This document shows, in pieces, positions 29,051 through 41,728 of a DNA stretch of 64,000 nt. Numbering within the stretch: the first letter of the stretch is position 1; each line of letters opens with the position of its first letter. Position numbers and translations under genes: made by a program. The notes below the pieces were generated by a model that saw nothing but the letters and a program-made list of their open reading frames with translations, was not told the origin of the DNA and did not search any database. Source of the stretch: Cycas panzhihuaensis (lineage: Eukaryota > Plantae > Cycadophyta); assembly GCA_023213395.1 (NCBI GenBank), contig CM041465.1, positions 72,547,741 to 72,611,740 of the forward strand, in the 5' to 3' direction.

Positions 29051-31405
29051 TATTAGAATATAATACATATTTGTCACATGAAATGTAATTGGCTAAGTAA
29101 AAGGTAATGTATAATTGGTCAATATAAGGGCCAAATATTATTGGATGTAAGTAAGGAAAATGATTCCCACATATACACACAACATGACTATATAAAGATG
29201 TAATAGATGAGATGTAATTAATGATTATTAAAGATAATAATCAAAATATCTTAATGTTATTTTATTAAGAGGTATTTATGATACCAATTTATTCTTAGGC
29301 AATAATATTGTGTGGGTTAATCTTCTAATAGAGTATCAGAGCATACATGACGAGTAAGTGATGGAAAACTTTAGCACATAAGTGAACATATAGTGGTTAG
29401 GATGCAAACCAAGGATAATGCATAGGAGCAGAAGCAATCTTCACAAGTGCTTCAATATGTAGGCAATGTTTTCATGTGGTAGCAATGAAGGATAAAGGGT
29501 CAAGACAAGTAGGTCAATATGAAATAAGACTAAATAAAGGTAATTAGGTTTCACACATAAACAGATAGAGAAATAGAGGTAAATAGTCAAAAAATAAAGA
29601 TAATGATCTCAAAATAGAGACAAATGGCCCAAACATTTTTTTTTATTAATTTGGACCTGTATTCAAAATCGGGTCTAATGGGGTGAAATAGGTCATTATT
29701 TTTACCAAAGGAAAATAAACTTAATCATCAAAATAGCCCTCAAATGGGATTTTAATAAGGTTTCACCTCTTAATAGGCTATCAAACAAACTTCAATTATG
29801 AACAATATATCATGGAGTAATTAAACTAATAAAATAAATAAATATTTTACTTATAGAATGGGCTTGAAGTGACTCAATATAATTGGTAATCTTCAGTCGA
29901 ATAATACATTGTTATGTCTTCTAATTTTAACTTCTTATCTCCAACACTCTTATACCATGTTAGAAAATTAGCCTTGGTGGTGGCCTAATTAAGCTCATTA
30001 ATAAAATTTTAAAAGAGGTAAAAGGTGGTTCTAATTGAAGGGATAACTAATGAATATCCCAATTTTGAGGGAAATGCTTGATTATGCTTACTTTTACTAC
30101 TTCTAGTTATGTTCATGATTGATTTACACTTGTGGTGGTTGATTCATAAATCTTTATTTATTGAAGTATATTTTAAATTAGCTTTCTCATTATCATCTTT
30201 CTCCACTCTATATTTTTTGGTTATTCCCAAATTTAATGGAAAATTTTATTTTATGTGATAAAAAAGAATTAAACCTACTTTACAATTAAGAGAATTATAG
30301 AAGATTATTTCTAAAGGCTCTATAGTTCTTGTTCCTATTTCTCTTGTAACTCAGTTAAGTCTTGATGAAGAGACAATTAAAGTTGAACTTAAGAGAAAAG
30401 ATAATAAAGCACTTTCATTCATTTATTTTTACTATTGATGGTACAATTTTCCCTTATATTTATAATCTTGTAACTTCTCATGATGCATGGAATACTTTAG
30501 AAATTTTATTTAAATGAGGAACTAAAACAAGTATTCAAAATTTGAGAAGAAAATTGGTGAATCTCAAGATGCCTCCTTCTAAACTTGTTAATGCATTTGT
30601 CATTAGAGTTTAGGATGTTATTAATCAGTTGACTTCATTAGGTGAATAAGTTCCCAAATAAAGAGTTGTAGAAAAGATTCTTAGAAGTGTTGGAGAAGTA
30701 ATGAAGTTTGAGAATGTGACTACAATAATTAAAGTGGAAAAAGACTTATCAACATAAAATATTTATAAGTTACTCTCTTTGATTTTGATAATTGAAGAAA
30801 AAAATATCATAATTAAAAAATAGGAATAAGCTTTTACCTATAAGGCAAACTTAACGGGGTGATTCAAGAGACCATAAAAGTAAGGTCAAGGATATGCATA
30901 AATACCAACATCATCATTAGCATTTGCATTAGCATAATTATCAGTATTTGGATTAGGAAGTTATGGATATAGATAAGGACAAGGCCAATTTTATACTTCA
31001 AGAAGAGGAAGACCTAGAGGAAGAAGTCATATTCCACCAAGAGGATAAAGTTCATCTCAAGAGAGTGGAAGAACACTATCTTAAGGAATTAGAAAAAGAA
31101 GAGGATTTATTCCAAATGTCTAGAAATGTGGAATATAAGGATATTTCTCTTATGAATGTCAAAAGGATGATATGGCTAATACAACTACAAATAGAAATAG
31201 AAATCTTTTCTATACAAGTTTGAATGTGGAATATTCTAATGATAAGAATGATGAATGGTATATTATTTCTAGCTATTCTATATATATGCCCTGCAATGCT
31301 AAAATGTTTTCTAAACTTGAAGAAGAAAATAATTAAAGGAAAGATAATTTTTAAAATGATAATATATAGGAAGTTCAAAGACAAGGAGTTATAACTATTA
31401 AAACA

Positions 31406-31785
31406 TGTAATGACATCTTAGTTGCAAAATTTATATATAATATCTTTATATCTAATATAATTATAGGACACCCATTTTTACATTATGATATAATTGATAA
31501 ATCAATTGGGTCTACCCACTTTGTCAATACGTCAACCAATTATATTCGAATATTTTAGGTCATGATGCTTATAAAGTGAGCATATACCCTATGCTATGTA
31601 CATTAAAAAATTTTACATATGGAAGCTCTACTAAAATTAAGAGTGATCAGTTAACCAATTTGGTGATCAAATTATTCTACAATTTGTTTGCTCATTCATC
31701 TTATATTATTTTAGTTTATGCTTTTGATTTATATGTGAATGCATACATATTTGATCCTATTAATAAATTTGGTAATAACTATATA
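31406..31785. mobile_element. ~380-bp solo-LTR-like insertion in B
   Basis: Starts TGTAAT, interrupts B's TIKT|KSGE reading frame, flanked by AAACA/AAATA. Confidence 0.6.
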
Positions 31786-32501
31786 AATAAAAAATGGAGA
31801 ACTTTTGGAGGAGTGACTATTGTGACCTGGTAATCGTGGAGGACATGAGAGACTAGACGGGTGAGAGGGAGCATTTCCCCTCCCAAATCTACAATGCGGA
31901 CAGTCCACGGGAAGATGCACACAGTCATGGATGTCTTGCTCCAAACGGAGGTGTGAGGCACACAGTGAGGGAGACGTAGACAGCACGTAGGAGTATAGAG
32001 AGGATCTCAGTCCCTGGATTCAAATGGGCCAGGCATGTAGAGGCTCAGATCTGTCTACAGAGGGATACTAGACAGGGTGGTGAGATTTGTGCCGTACAAC
32101 TTTAATATAGGCAGTATTCTATCGGAGGTATAGTTAAAACAAAGGTTGAATTGGGTGTGGGTGATGTAAATGCATCGGTAGAAGCAACAGAAATAATTCA
32201 TAAGCTAAAGATTCAAAGAGAGACCATACTTGGTCCACGCAAGCTAAGAGTGGGCTGGAGGATAGGCTCATTCCTTTTTTCTGTGGTACAACCTCTGTTT
32301 CTCAGTCAAATAAAGAATGCTTTTTAATACATGGTTCTTTTTTCTTCTTATTTTTATTATGGAGGAAGATCAAATGATATAGTCTCATAACCCTCTTTAG
32401 GGTAAATCTTACCTAGACATCTTAAAATTAAGAGATGTGGAAGAATATGACCTAACACCCTTCACATAAGATAATAAAGTCTGACTAAAAATCCCAAAGA
32501 A

Positions 32502-33600
32502 TTGGTAGAGAGAGCCAAGAAGCAATGGGAAAATAGTTTGGTTGGAAGATTTTCAGGCCCTCGACCAGGCCTAAAAGCCATAAGAAGTTGGATCAGGATT
32601 AAATGGAAGATGGTGGGAAACGTGGAAGTCATAGCGATGCCAAAAGGATGTGTCCTCTTCAAATTCATTTCTCAGGAAGACATGACAAGCATACTCCTAA
32701 GGGCCCCATGGATGTTTGGAAGGAAGGCCCTAATATTAGAAAAGTGGCATTAGGACTTTGACCTGTCAGTCCCAGTGGTCAAGCAAGTACCTATTTAGAT
32801 CCAACTCCCAGGTCTCCCGTTGCACTATTGGAACATGGAAGTCCTGAAGGAGATGGAAAAAGCTATGGGCCCCTTTCTAGCGGTGGACTCAGCGACTAAA
32901 AATAAAAGCACGCTTATTAATCCCAAGTTTTTTCTTTGCTCAGGGTCAACAAGCCCCTCTTAGAGGAAATATGGATGGACTTAGAGGACCGGTCTTGGGC
33001 CCAACCATTGATCTATGAAATGGAGCATTTCAGATGTTCCCAATGTAAGAGGTTAGGCCATATACCCTAGAAATACCCAAGCGAGAGGCATCCCGAGGAA
33101 GAAAATCAAAAAGAAAATGTGGAATAGAATACAAACCCCTAGAATGAGATGGAACATCAGGAGTTAGAGCCAATAAAAGATGGACATAATGAGAGACCTG
33201 AGGAGCAAGGCGAGGTACCTCCAGTAAGGGAAGGTGATACCCCCTTAGATGGGCATCGAGAGACAGATCTTGGGTTTGATCCCAACATGGAGAATACCCT
33301 CTCTGATATGGGTGATCGAGAAGATCAGGCCTTTGCCCCTTCGTCCCACTCTAAAGATGAGGATCAAGGGGGGAATCCTGTCCTGGTTAGGGAAGAACTA
33401 ACCCCATCCCAGGAGCTCCGTCATGAAGGAGTCCAAAGAAAGACCCTAGATGTTGGCTCCAAGAAATGTGTTGGTAGGCCCCCTTTGAGACTAGTAAGGG
33501 AGAGATAAGCAACTACACAGATAGACCAGGGCAATTAGAAAACCCTTAATGAAGGCCTCTTGGAAGGGCCAAGAGTTAGAACTAGATCAGATGGGCATGA
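32502..33600 (+). pseudogene. LINE ORF1 (DUF4283-type domain plus CCHC zinc knuckle), disrupted
   Basis: WENSLVGRF...PWMFGRKALILEKW, IQLPGLPLHYW, RCSQCKRLGH. Confidence 0.88.
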
Positions 33601-33648
33601 CCCACCTAAAGGGGAGGCATCAGAGATATGGAAGCAAAGCAGGAGAAG

Positions 33649-36600
33649 ATGAAATTAATCTCATGGAACGTTAGGGGTTTAAATGCCCCCTCTAAACAAA
33701 GGAATTTAAAGGATTTAATACATAGGGAACTCATGGACCTCATTTTCCTATAGGAAACAAAACTAAATGTAGAAAATAGTCAAAGTGCCATGACTAAAAT
33801 TTGGGAAAAAGTGGTAGGTAAAGCCATTGGCAATACCCAAGGCACGGGTGGCCTCATGATGTTGTGGAACCCTGATGAATGGATGGGGAGCACCTATGTG
33901 GAGGAAGAATCCTTCCTTTCTGTTTGGTTGACCAACAGAAGAAACAACCTAAAATAGCTAGCCATGAACGTCTATTCCCCAAATAACCAAGAAGACAGAA
34001 AGAGGCTTTGGAATAGGATTTTGGAAGTTCACGGGGAATGTGGCGCTCCTTGGCTGATCACAGGCGACTTTAACACGGCCCTTTTCCCAGGGAACAAGAA
34101 AGGGGGCCAAGAAGGGTGGTCAAGTAGCATGCACGATCTAGGCTACTTCATGTAGAGGGGGGGTCTCCTAGACGTGAAGCTGAGAGGGTCTTCTTTTACT
34201 TTGTCAAATAAAAGATTGGGCAACCAACTCGTCTAGATTAAACGTGATAGAGTTATGGTCAATTTCAACTAGGCTAAATGCTTCAAGGATTTTGCCCTTG
34301 AGGCTCTTCCCAAAATCAAATTTGATCACTCCCCTCTTCAGCTCTCTTTTTCAGACCTGGAAAAACATAAGGGCTCTCCTTTCAGATTCGAAATGATGTG
34401 GATCAGACACCTAGACCTCAAGAAAAAGGTGGAGGATTGGTGGAAAATCACCATCTGGGGGCACGCTATGTATAGATTCTAAAAAAAACTTGACTGGGTT
34501 AAAAGATATGTGAAGGCCTAGAATAAAGAAAGTTTTTAGAATATCCATGTCATGAAGGACCAAACAATAAAAGACCTTAATGCAATTCAGAACAAGATCG
34601 AGGTTGAGGGAAGATCCCTGACCCTAGACAAAGCTGAAAGAGAGCTAGTTGAGAACCTGGAGGAATGGATGAATAGAGAAGAAATTCATTAGAGGCAAAA
34701 ATCCAGATCCATCTAGCTTGTTGAAGGGGACAAAAACACTAGATTTTTTCACGACTATTGTTAAGTATAGAGCCAGCAACAAAATTAATGGTCTCCAAAG
34801 GGAGGACAATTCAGTTGCTAAAAGTATACAAGATTTAAAAGATCTAGTGACTGAGTATTTCAAGGAACTCTTCTCTGAACCGCAAGGAGAGAATAGGGAG
34901 GCTAGGGAGACACTCCTGCAGTCTATTCCCTGCCTAGTTAACGAAGATCAAAATGCTGCTCTAACAGCTCCTCTTACCCTCAAGGAAGTCAAAAAGGTTG
35001 TGTTTGGTCTGAAGAAAGATAAGGCCCCTAGACTGGATGGATTTCTTCCCAGTTTTTTTTAGGAATTTTGGGATGTAATTAAGGAAGATCTTTTGGAAGC
35101 TTTGCACGAGTTTTTCTCAAACCAAAAGATCCTCCAAGAATGGCAAGCTACATTCTTGGTCCTTATTCCAAAAATGGAAGGAGCTAAGAGAATTGAGGAT
35201 TTTTGTCCTATTAGTCTCTGTAATGTGAAATATAAGATCCTCGCCAAAGTGCTGGATAACAGACTTAAAAGGATTATCCCTAATATAATATCCCAGAATC
35301 AAGATGGTTTCGTGCGGGGGAGGCAGATCACTGATGGCATTATTGTGGTCCACAAAACCTTGCACTCAGCTAAGGAAAGGAAGGAGCCTGCTATGCTCAT
35401 AAAAATTGACCTCTCAAAGGCTTTTAACTGAGTGTCATGGAACTGCCTGTTAGAGTGTCTAAACGTGTTTGGGTTTGGGGAGAAGTGGAGGATATGGATG
35501 AAGCTTTGTATCTCAAACCCTCAATACTCAGTCATTGTCAATGGGTCTTCATCCAGGTTTTTTCCAGGCTATCAGGGCTTGAGACAGGGAGACCCTCTAT
35601 CTTCTTACATCTTTATAACCTTAGCTGAGTTGTTGGGTAGCACCATGGAGGCAGTTAAAAGATAAGGTTTTATTAAAGGTTTGCACTCGACCTCATGGGT
35701 GGATAATATAGCTCATCATCAGTTCATGGATGACAACATCTTCCTAGGGAAAGCCTCCATTAGGAAGTCCCGTAGATAAAGGATGAATTAAAAAGATACG
35801 AGTTAGGCATAAACCAAAAGGTAAATCTTAGCAAAAGCAATGTCTACTTCATAAATACCCTTAGTGTTGTGCAAAGGAGAATCAGTAATATTTTGGAAAT
35901 ATGCATTAAGAAACTACCTACTACATACCTTGGCATGCCCCTTTTCGTAGGCAAGATGGCAAAGGACTTGTGGAACCCTCTTATAACTGGCTTCAAAGGA
36001 AGCTGGCTGGTTAGAAAGGTACTCTACTTAGCCAAGCTAGTAAGCTTCAGCTTGTGGACTCTTCCCTACAAAGCATTCTGGTTTATTGGATGTTTATCTT
36101 CAGAATTCTAACTAGGGTCTCCACGATTCTGGAATCTATCCAGAAAATATTCCTCTGATCTGGGGTAGAAGAGAGGGGAAGAATCCACTTGGTAAATTGG
36201 GACAAGGTCTGCATGCCGAAATGGGCTAGGGGCTTAAACCTGAGAAGAACTCATATATTTAATTCAGCCCTTGTGGCTAAGCTTGGGTGGAGACTCGTCA
36301 AAGGTTGTGGCAGTTTGTGGGATAGGATAATATCTCAAAAGTACTTACAAGATAGCTCACTCCTTGAGAACTTTGTCCTCTCATCTGGCTCTATTGTATG
36401 AAGGAGTATCCTCAGCGCAAGGCCTTTGGTGAAAGCCAGTCTAAATTGGAATTTGGGCAATGGGAATTCTATAAAATTCTGGGAGGATGTATGGTGCAGT
36501 ACTACATCCTTAAAGGGCTGCTCTAATTTAGCTCCCCTGCAAAGGCACTATGAGAATCTTTATGGTGCCTATGTAAAGGATTACTTAACTGAGGAGGGAA

Positions 36601-37840
36601 GAGGTAGGAGATGGAGGAACTTTGAGGAGATCCAAGGGGGAACTCCTACTAGGGAGGGTCTCTCTAAACTTAAAGTGATCCTTAGCAAATGTTATATACC
36701 TAAGATGAATAGACCAGACTTGGTTGTCTGGTCCTCCTCCCAAAACAGAGACTATTCAGCGAAACAAGGATACCTTCACCTCTATCTCGAGAGAGGGGCT
36801 CAGAGGAATGATAGCTTGATGGGTGTTTGGAAGCTTAATCTCACCCCTAAAATCATGGTCTTCTAGTGGACTTGTCTTAGAAATAGAATATTGACGACAG
36901 ACAATCTCGTGAGAAGGGGTTACCAGTTAACTAACAAGTGTATACTATGCTGCTCTGAGGAGGAACCAATGGATCATATCCTTCTCTGATGCTCCTATGC
37001 TGGCGAGGTTTGGAGACTTCTGCTAGAAATTTTTGAGGTAGTGTGGATCCATTCAGGGAACATTGTAGACCAATGGAAACTATGGCACAACCCCTATAGG
37101 AGTATGGTCTTAGGCAGTGTTTGGAAAAATTCCCTTCCAATTTTATCCTAAAATTTATGGAAGGAAAGAAATAGAAGGATTTTTTAGGATAAACAGATGG
37201 ACCCGAAGACTTTATTTAATGTCATATGTGCTTAGATTAAGGAAAATGCTAAAGGTCCCAAAGAGAAGCGTATAATGCCCACTGAAGGTAAGATGCTGCG
37301 TAAGTGAGGCATAAAATAGAATATCAAGGAAAAGACCCCCAGAACATGACATTAGACACCTATAGAGGAACACTAGATCAAAATTAACTTCGACGGGGTT
37401 TTGAAAGGTAACCCTAGTGAAGCGGGTGGTGGTAGTATCTGTAGAGACACCAAGGGTCATTTCATCTGGGCCTTTGCTGATTATTATGGACAACAAATGA
37501 ATCACTTCACTGAGGTAGTAGCCATGCTTAAAGCTATGAATATGACCCTAGATGGTGGCCTCTCCAAGGTAACTATAGAAGGGGACTCCCAGAATGTAAT
37601 AAATCAACTAAGAAACACTGCATGTCCTGACTAGAGATTCCAATCGATGATTAAGGATGCTCAGGATATCCTAAAGGACCTTATAGAAGTGCAAATTGGG
37701 CATACCTTCAGGGAGGGTAATAAGGCGGCAGATTTCCTAACAAACTAGGGGGTTAGAAATAAGAGATCTTTTGTTTAGAGGAAGGATTTACCTGATGAGC
37801 TTATGAGACTGGTTGAGTCTGAAAGCCCTCGAGATAGCTA
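33649..37840 (+). pseudogene. LINE ORF2: AP endonuclease, RT, zf-RVT, RNase H; disrupted
   Basis: MKLISWNVRGLN, WLITGDFN, DFCPISLCNVKYKILAK, GLRQGDPLS, QFMDD, KINFDG, IEGDS, HTFREGNKAADFL. Confidence 0.95.
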
Positions 37841-40800
37841 GTCACAGGGCTTGTCCTGGCTTTTCTTTTAATTGATTTCTTCCTTAGACTGTGAGGGTGT
37901 CATGGTCCATTTTGGTTTGGATGATAAACCACTACTAATGTACTAGGTTGTGGGAACCTATTTTTCAAACCCACACTTAATTCCATTTTACCTTACTAAA
38001 AAAAAAAAAAGTGGAGAAAACTAAAATATCCAAAATGTATTATTTCTATATGGATTAAAGAAAAACCTATTATCTGTTAAATAAATAATGGAACAATAGT
38101 ATAAAATATTTTTTGATAATGGTAAATGTGAAATTAGTGGTAAGTTAAACAATGAGATGATAGTTATTAAAGGTCAAATGATCAATAATAGATTATTTAA
38201 ACTTATACTTTCTCCATCAATCTAAGTCCTTAATACTTCACTTTCAAATAAAATTATATTTTGGTACCATAGATGTGGACCATCTCAATTGTGAAGGACT
38301 AATTACCTTAAGAAAGAAAATTATAATTATTAAACATCCATTCATACAAGGTAATAATGAAGTATGTGAATATTACATTTATAGCAAACAACATAGAGAA
38401 AACTTTCTAGATTCAGAATTTCAATCAAAATATCCACTATAATTGATATATATAGATTTATATGGTTCTATGAGGACACCAACATTTAGGAATGTCGAAT
38501 TCTTCTTAATTCTTGTTTATGATTTTATTAAAAAAAATTGGGTATATTTCCTTAGAGTGAAGTCTAAAATATTTTTAAGATTTATTAAATTCAAAGTAAT
38601 GGTTGAAAGTAAAAGTATCAAATGTATTTTCATAAGCTACTTAAATAAACAAAAACTTATAGATCATTTAATCCAGTAATAAAGAAAGTTCTTATTAAGT
38701 AGAGATGTGATCTTTGATGAAAATATAATCTTCAAACCTAAAGAAGATAAAGGAAAATAGGTTATAGTTGAAGTTAATTTAAAACCAATTCAAACTTCAC
38801 CATTTATAAGTTCAAGCTTAAATCAGAATTCAAGTTTAACTATGAGTTTATAATCCAACCCAAGTACAGAACAAGTTATAGGTCTAAAATGACTCTTTAA
38901 AAGTCATAATTATAAAGTAATACTTGATAGAAATTTTAATCAAAGTTTCACAAGGTCTCAAGTAAGAGTTAATTTTGTATTAATAACTCAATTAATATAA
39001 AATGATGAACCTTGTTCATTTAAAGAAGTTGTTACAAATAAAAATTAAATTGAACCAATAGAAGTTGAATATTATCCTTTGTATAGAAATGAAACATGGG
39101 ACTTGGTAGAGTTATTTATTGACAATGAATTAATTGGTACAGAGTGGATATACAAAACCAAATACAAAGCTAGAGACTTAATTCATAAATGTATAATAAG
39201 ACTTATAGCAAAGGGATATGCTCAAGAGGAAGGAATTAATTATAAAGAAACCTTTGTTCCTACTTCTAGAATGGATACAATTAGAAGTATCTTATCTTTA
39301 GTTGCTCATCAAGGTTGGATCATATACCATATGGATGTTAAGTTAGCATTTTTTAATGGATATATTAATAAAGAAATCTATATTACTCAATTTCAAGGAT
39401 TCAAAGTTAAAGGACATAAAAACTTAGTATACAAGTTAAAGGATATAAAAACTTAGTATACAAGTTAAAGAAAGTTTTGTATGGAGTAAAACAAGCCCCA
39501 AGTTCTTGGTATTCTAGGATCAATAAATATTTTAAAGATAAAAAATTTTAGGAAAGTCTATCAAACTCAAATATATATGACAAGATTATAGAAACTTCAA
39601 TTTTGATAATTTTTCTTTATGTCGATGATCTGATATACACAAGAAAGAGTGATGAAATAATCTAGAAATTAAAAAATGACCTAAACTCAAAATTCAAAAT
39701 GATAGATTTAGGATAATTATATTATTTTCTTGGCATAAAAAGTATATGAAGTGAAAGTGGTATCCTTATGTCACAAAGCAAATATACTATGGAAATTTTG
39801 AAGAAATTCAGCATAAGTGATTATAAATCAAGTTCTATTCATGTTGAAGTTAAGTAAAAATGAAAATTCTATTTCAATTAATTCTATTTGTATTATCAAA
39901 TTAATAAGAAATATAATTTACTTGATGAATATGTGAACAAATATATCATATGTAATAAATTTAACTTTAAGCTTTATGTTAAAACCCAAAGAAGAAGATT
40001 GGGATGTAGAAAAGAGAATTCTAAAATACATCAAAGAAATATTAAATTATTATAGTATACTTCATGAGATAAATTCAAATTAGTTGGTTATTTATATATA
40101 TATATTTAATAGGAGATATTAAAGATAAAAAATCTATTTCAGCATATATATCTAGCATTGATTTAGTATCAACAGCTTGGAATACAAAAAAATAACTAGT
40201 AGTTTCTTTATCTATAGTAAAAGTTAAGTACAAAGTAGTTGAAGTAGCAACATGAGAAGTGGTGTGGACTAAAAGAATTATAAAAGATCTACATCAACCT
40301 CAATATAAACTGATATTTATCTTCTATGATAATCAAAGTATAATTCAAATGACCAAGAATCTTGTTATGCACAACAAAATAAACCATATTGAAATCAAAC
40401 ATTATTACATCAAAGAATTAATTTAGTATCAATAAATTAAACTTTAATATTGCAAGATAGAAGACCAAGTTGTAGGCATTCTCACCAAAGCATTATCAAA
40501 GGCTAAGTATTTTTAACATAGAGAAAATATTAGTATAATGCCAAATATAAATTATAGAGTACTATTAGAATATAATACACATTTATCATATGAAATATAA
40601 TTGGTCAGGTAAAAGGTCATGTATAATTGGTTAATATAGAGGCTAAATATTATTGGATATAAGTGAGGCAAATGATTCTCATATATGACCATAACATGAC
40701 TATATTAAAATGGAATAAGTAAGATATAATCAATGATTATTTATTATAATAGAAATATCATGATACTATTCTATTGAGAGGTATCTCATGATACCAATCT

Positions 40801-40845
40801 ATTTATGTGCAATAATACTATGTGGTTTAATTTTCTAATAATTAC

Positions 40846-41705
40846 TACTTTTTAAAATAAATTAAATATTGATACTTACTTTAATATTGAATATCAATCA
40901 AATATATAAATAGCATTTAGTTTTCTCAATATGTTAATCAGTGGTAGTGTCATCTTACATATCAAGGGTATTATACTACATTGAAGTAGATATGGGATAT
41001 GGTTATGAATATATTTAAGCATAAGGATAATACTAGAGCCCAGAACTTATGGAGTCAATTATATAACCTAAAAATGACTAGAAAAAAGATGGAAAACATA
41101 TGATATGTGAGAATAATTTAAGATCAACTATTGACTATAGGTGATATCATTCTTAATTCACAGATCATTGCCTATATATTAAGAAGTCTACCACCCTGAT
41201 ATGAGAACTTCACAACCACATTAACTTTATTTCATAAATCATCTATATTAGATATTAATTATTTAAAATCATTATTTATGGAACATGAGCAGATGCTAAA
41301 GCATATACACAATGAATCATATGGAGAGCTATCACGAAAATCAAAAGGTAAGAAGCCCTTTGTTCCAAAGAAAAATATATCTTCTAAATCTATAGTTTAA
41401 AAGGAAAGACTAAGAGCTTCAAAGGGATAATACAAGTCAAAGTGTTATCATTGTGGGAACTTAGATTACATCAAAAAGGATTATTAGGAATAGCAACAAT
41501 AATAACATCAACCCCAACAATAGAGGTAACAACCATGATAATAATAACCACCTAGATAACATGGTCATGTTACAAATATAACAAAAGAAACACCTATTAA
41601 AATTATTAAATGATTATTTATTGCAACATACAAAATAGGTTCAGATGCACTGGATGTTTAGTTCATTGATTCTAGTATATCAAGATACATGACTAGAAGG
41701 TTATA
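40846..41705 (+). pseudogene. Copia A gag remainder, zinc knuckle and protease start
   Basis: Resumes after B's TSD: ILRSLPP*YENFTTTL, KCYHCGNLDYIKKD, *FIDSSISRYMT. Confidence 0.82.
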
Positions 41706-41728
41706 ATAATTAAAATAATAACTTGATG

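Larger units (their letters stand above)
31802..38010 (+). mobile_element. Near full-length L1-clade LINE with poly(A) tail and TSD
   Basis: TSD AAAAATGGAGAA (31790-31801) / AAAAGTGGAGAA (38007-38018). A13 run at 37998-38010. ORF1 and ORF2 motifs in the expected order. Confidence 0.95.
29051..40840 (+). mobile_element. Copia B with both LTRs, decayed gag-pol; hosts a solo-LTR-like insert and a LINE
   Basis: LTRs 29051-29330 and 40563-40840. Exact TSD ATTAC on both sides. PBS AGTATCAGAGC. ORF 38443-38679 is integrase and ORF 39079-39456 is RT (LIAKGYAQEEGINY.ETF, HMDVK.AF.NG). Confidence 0.93.
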
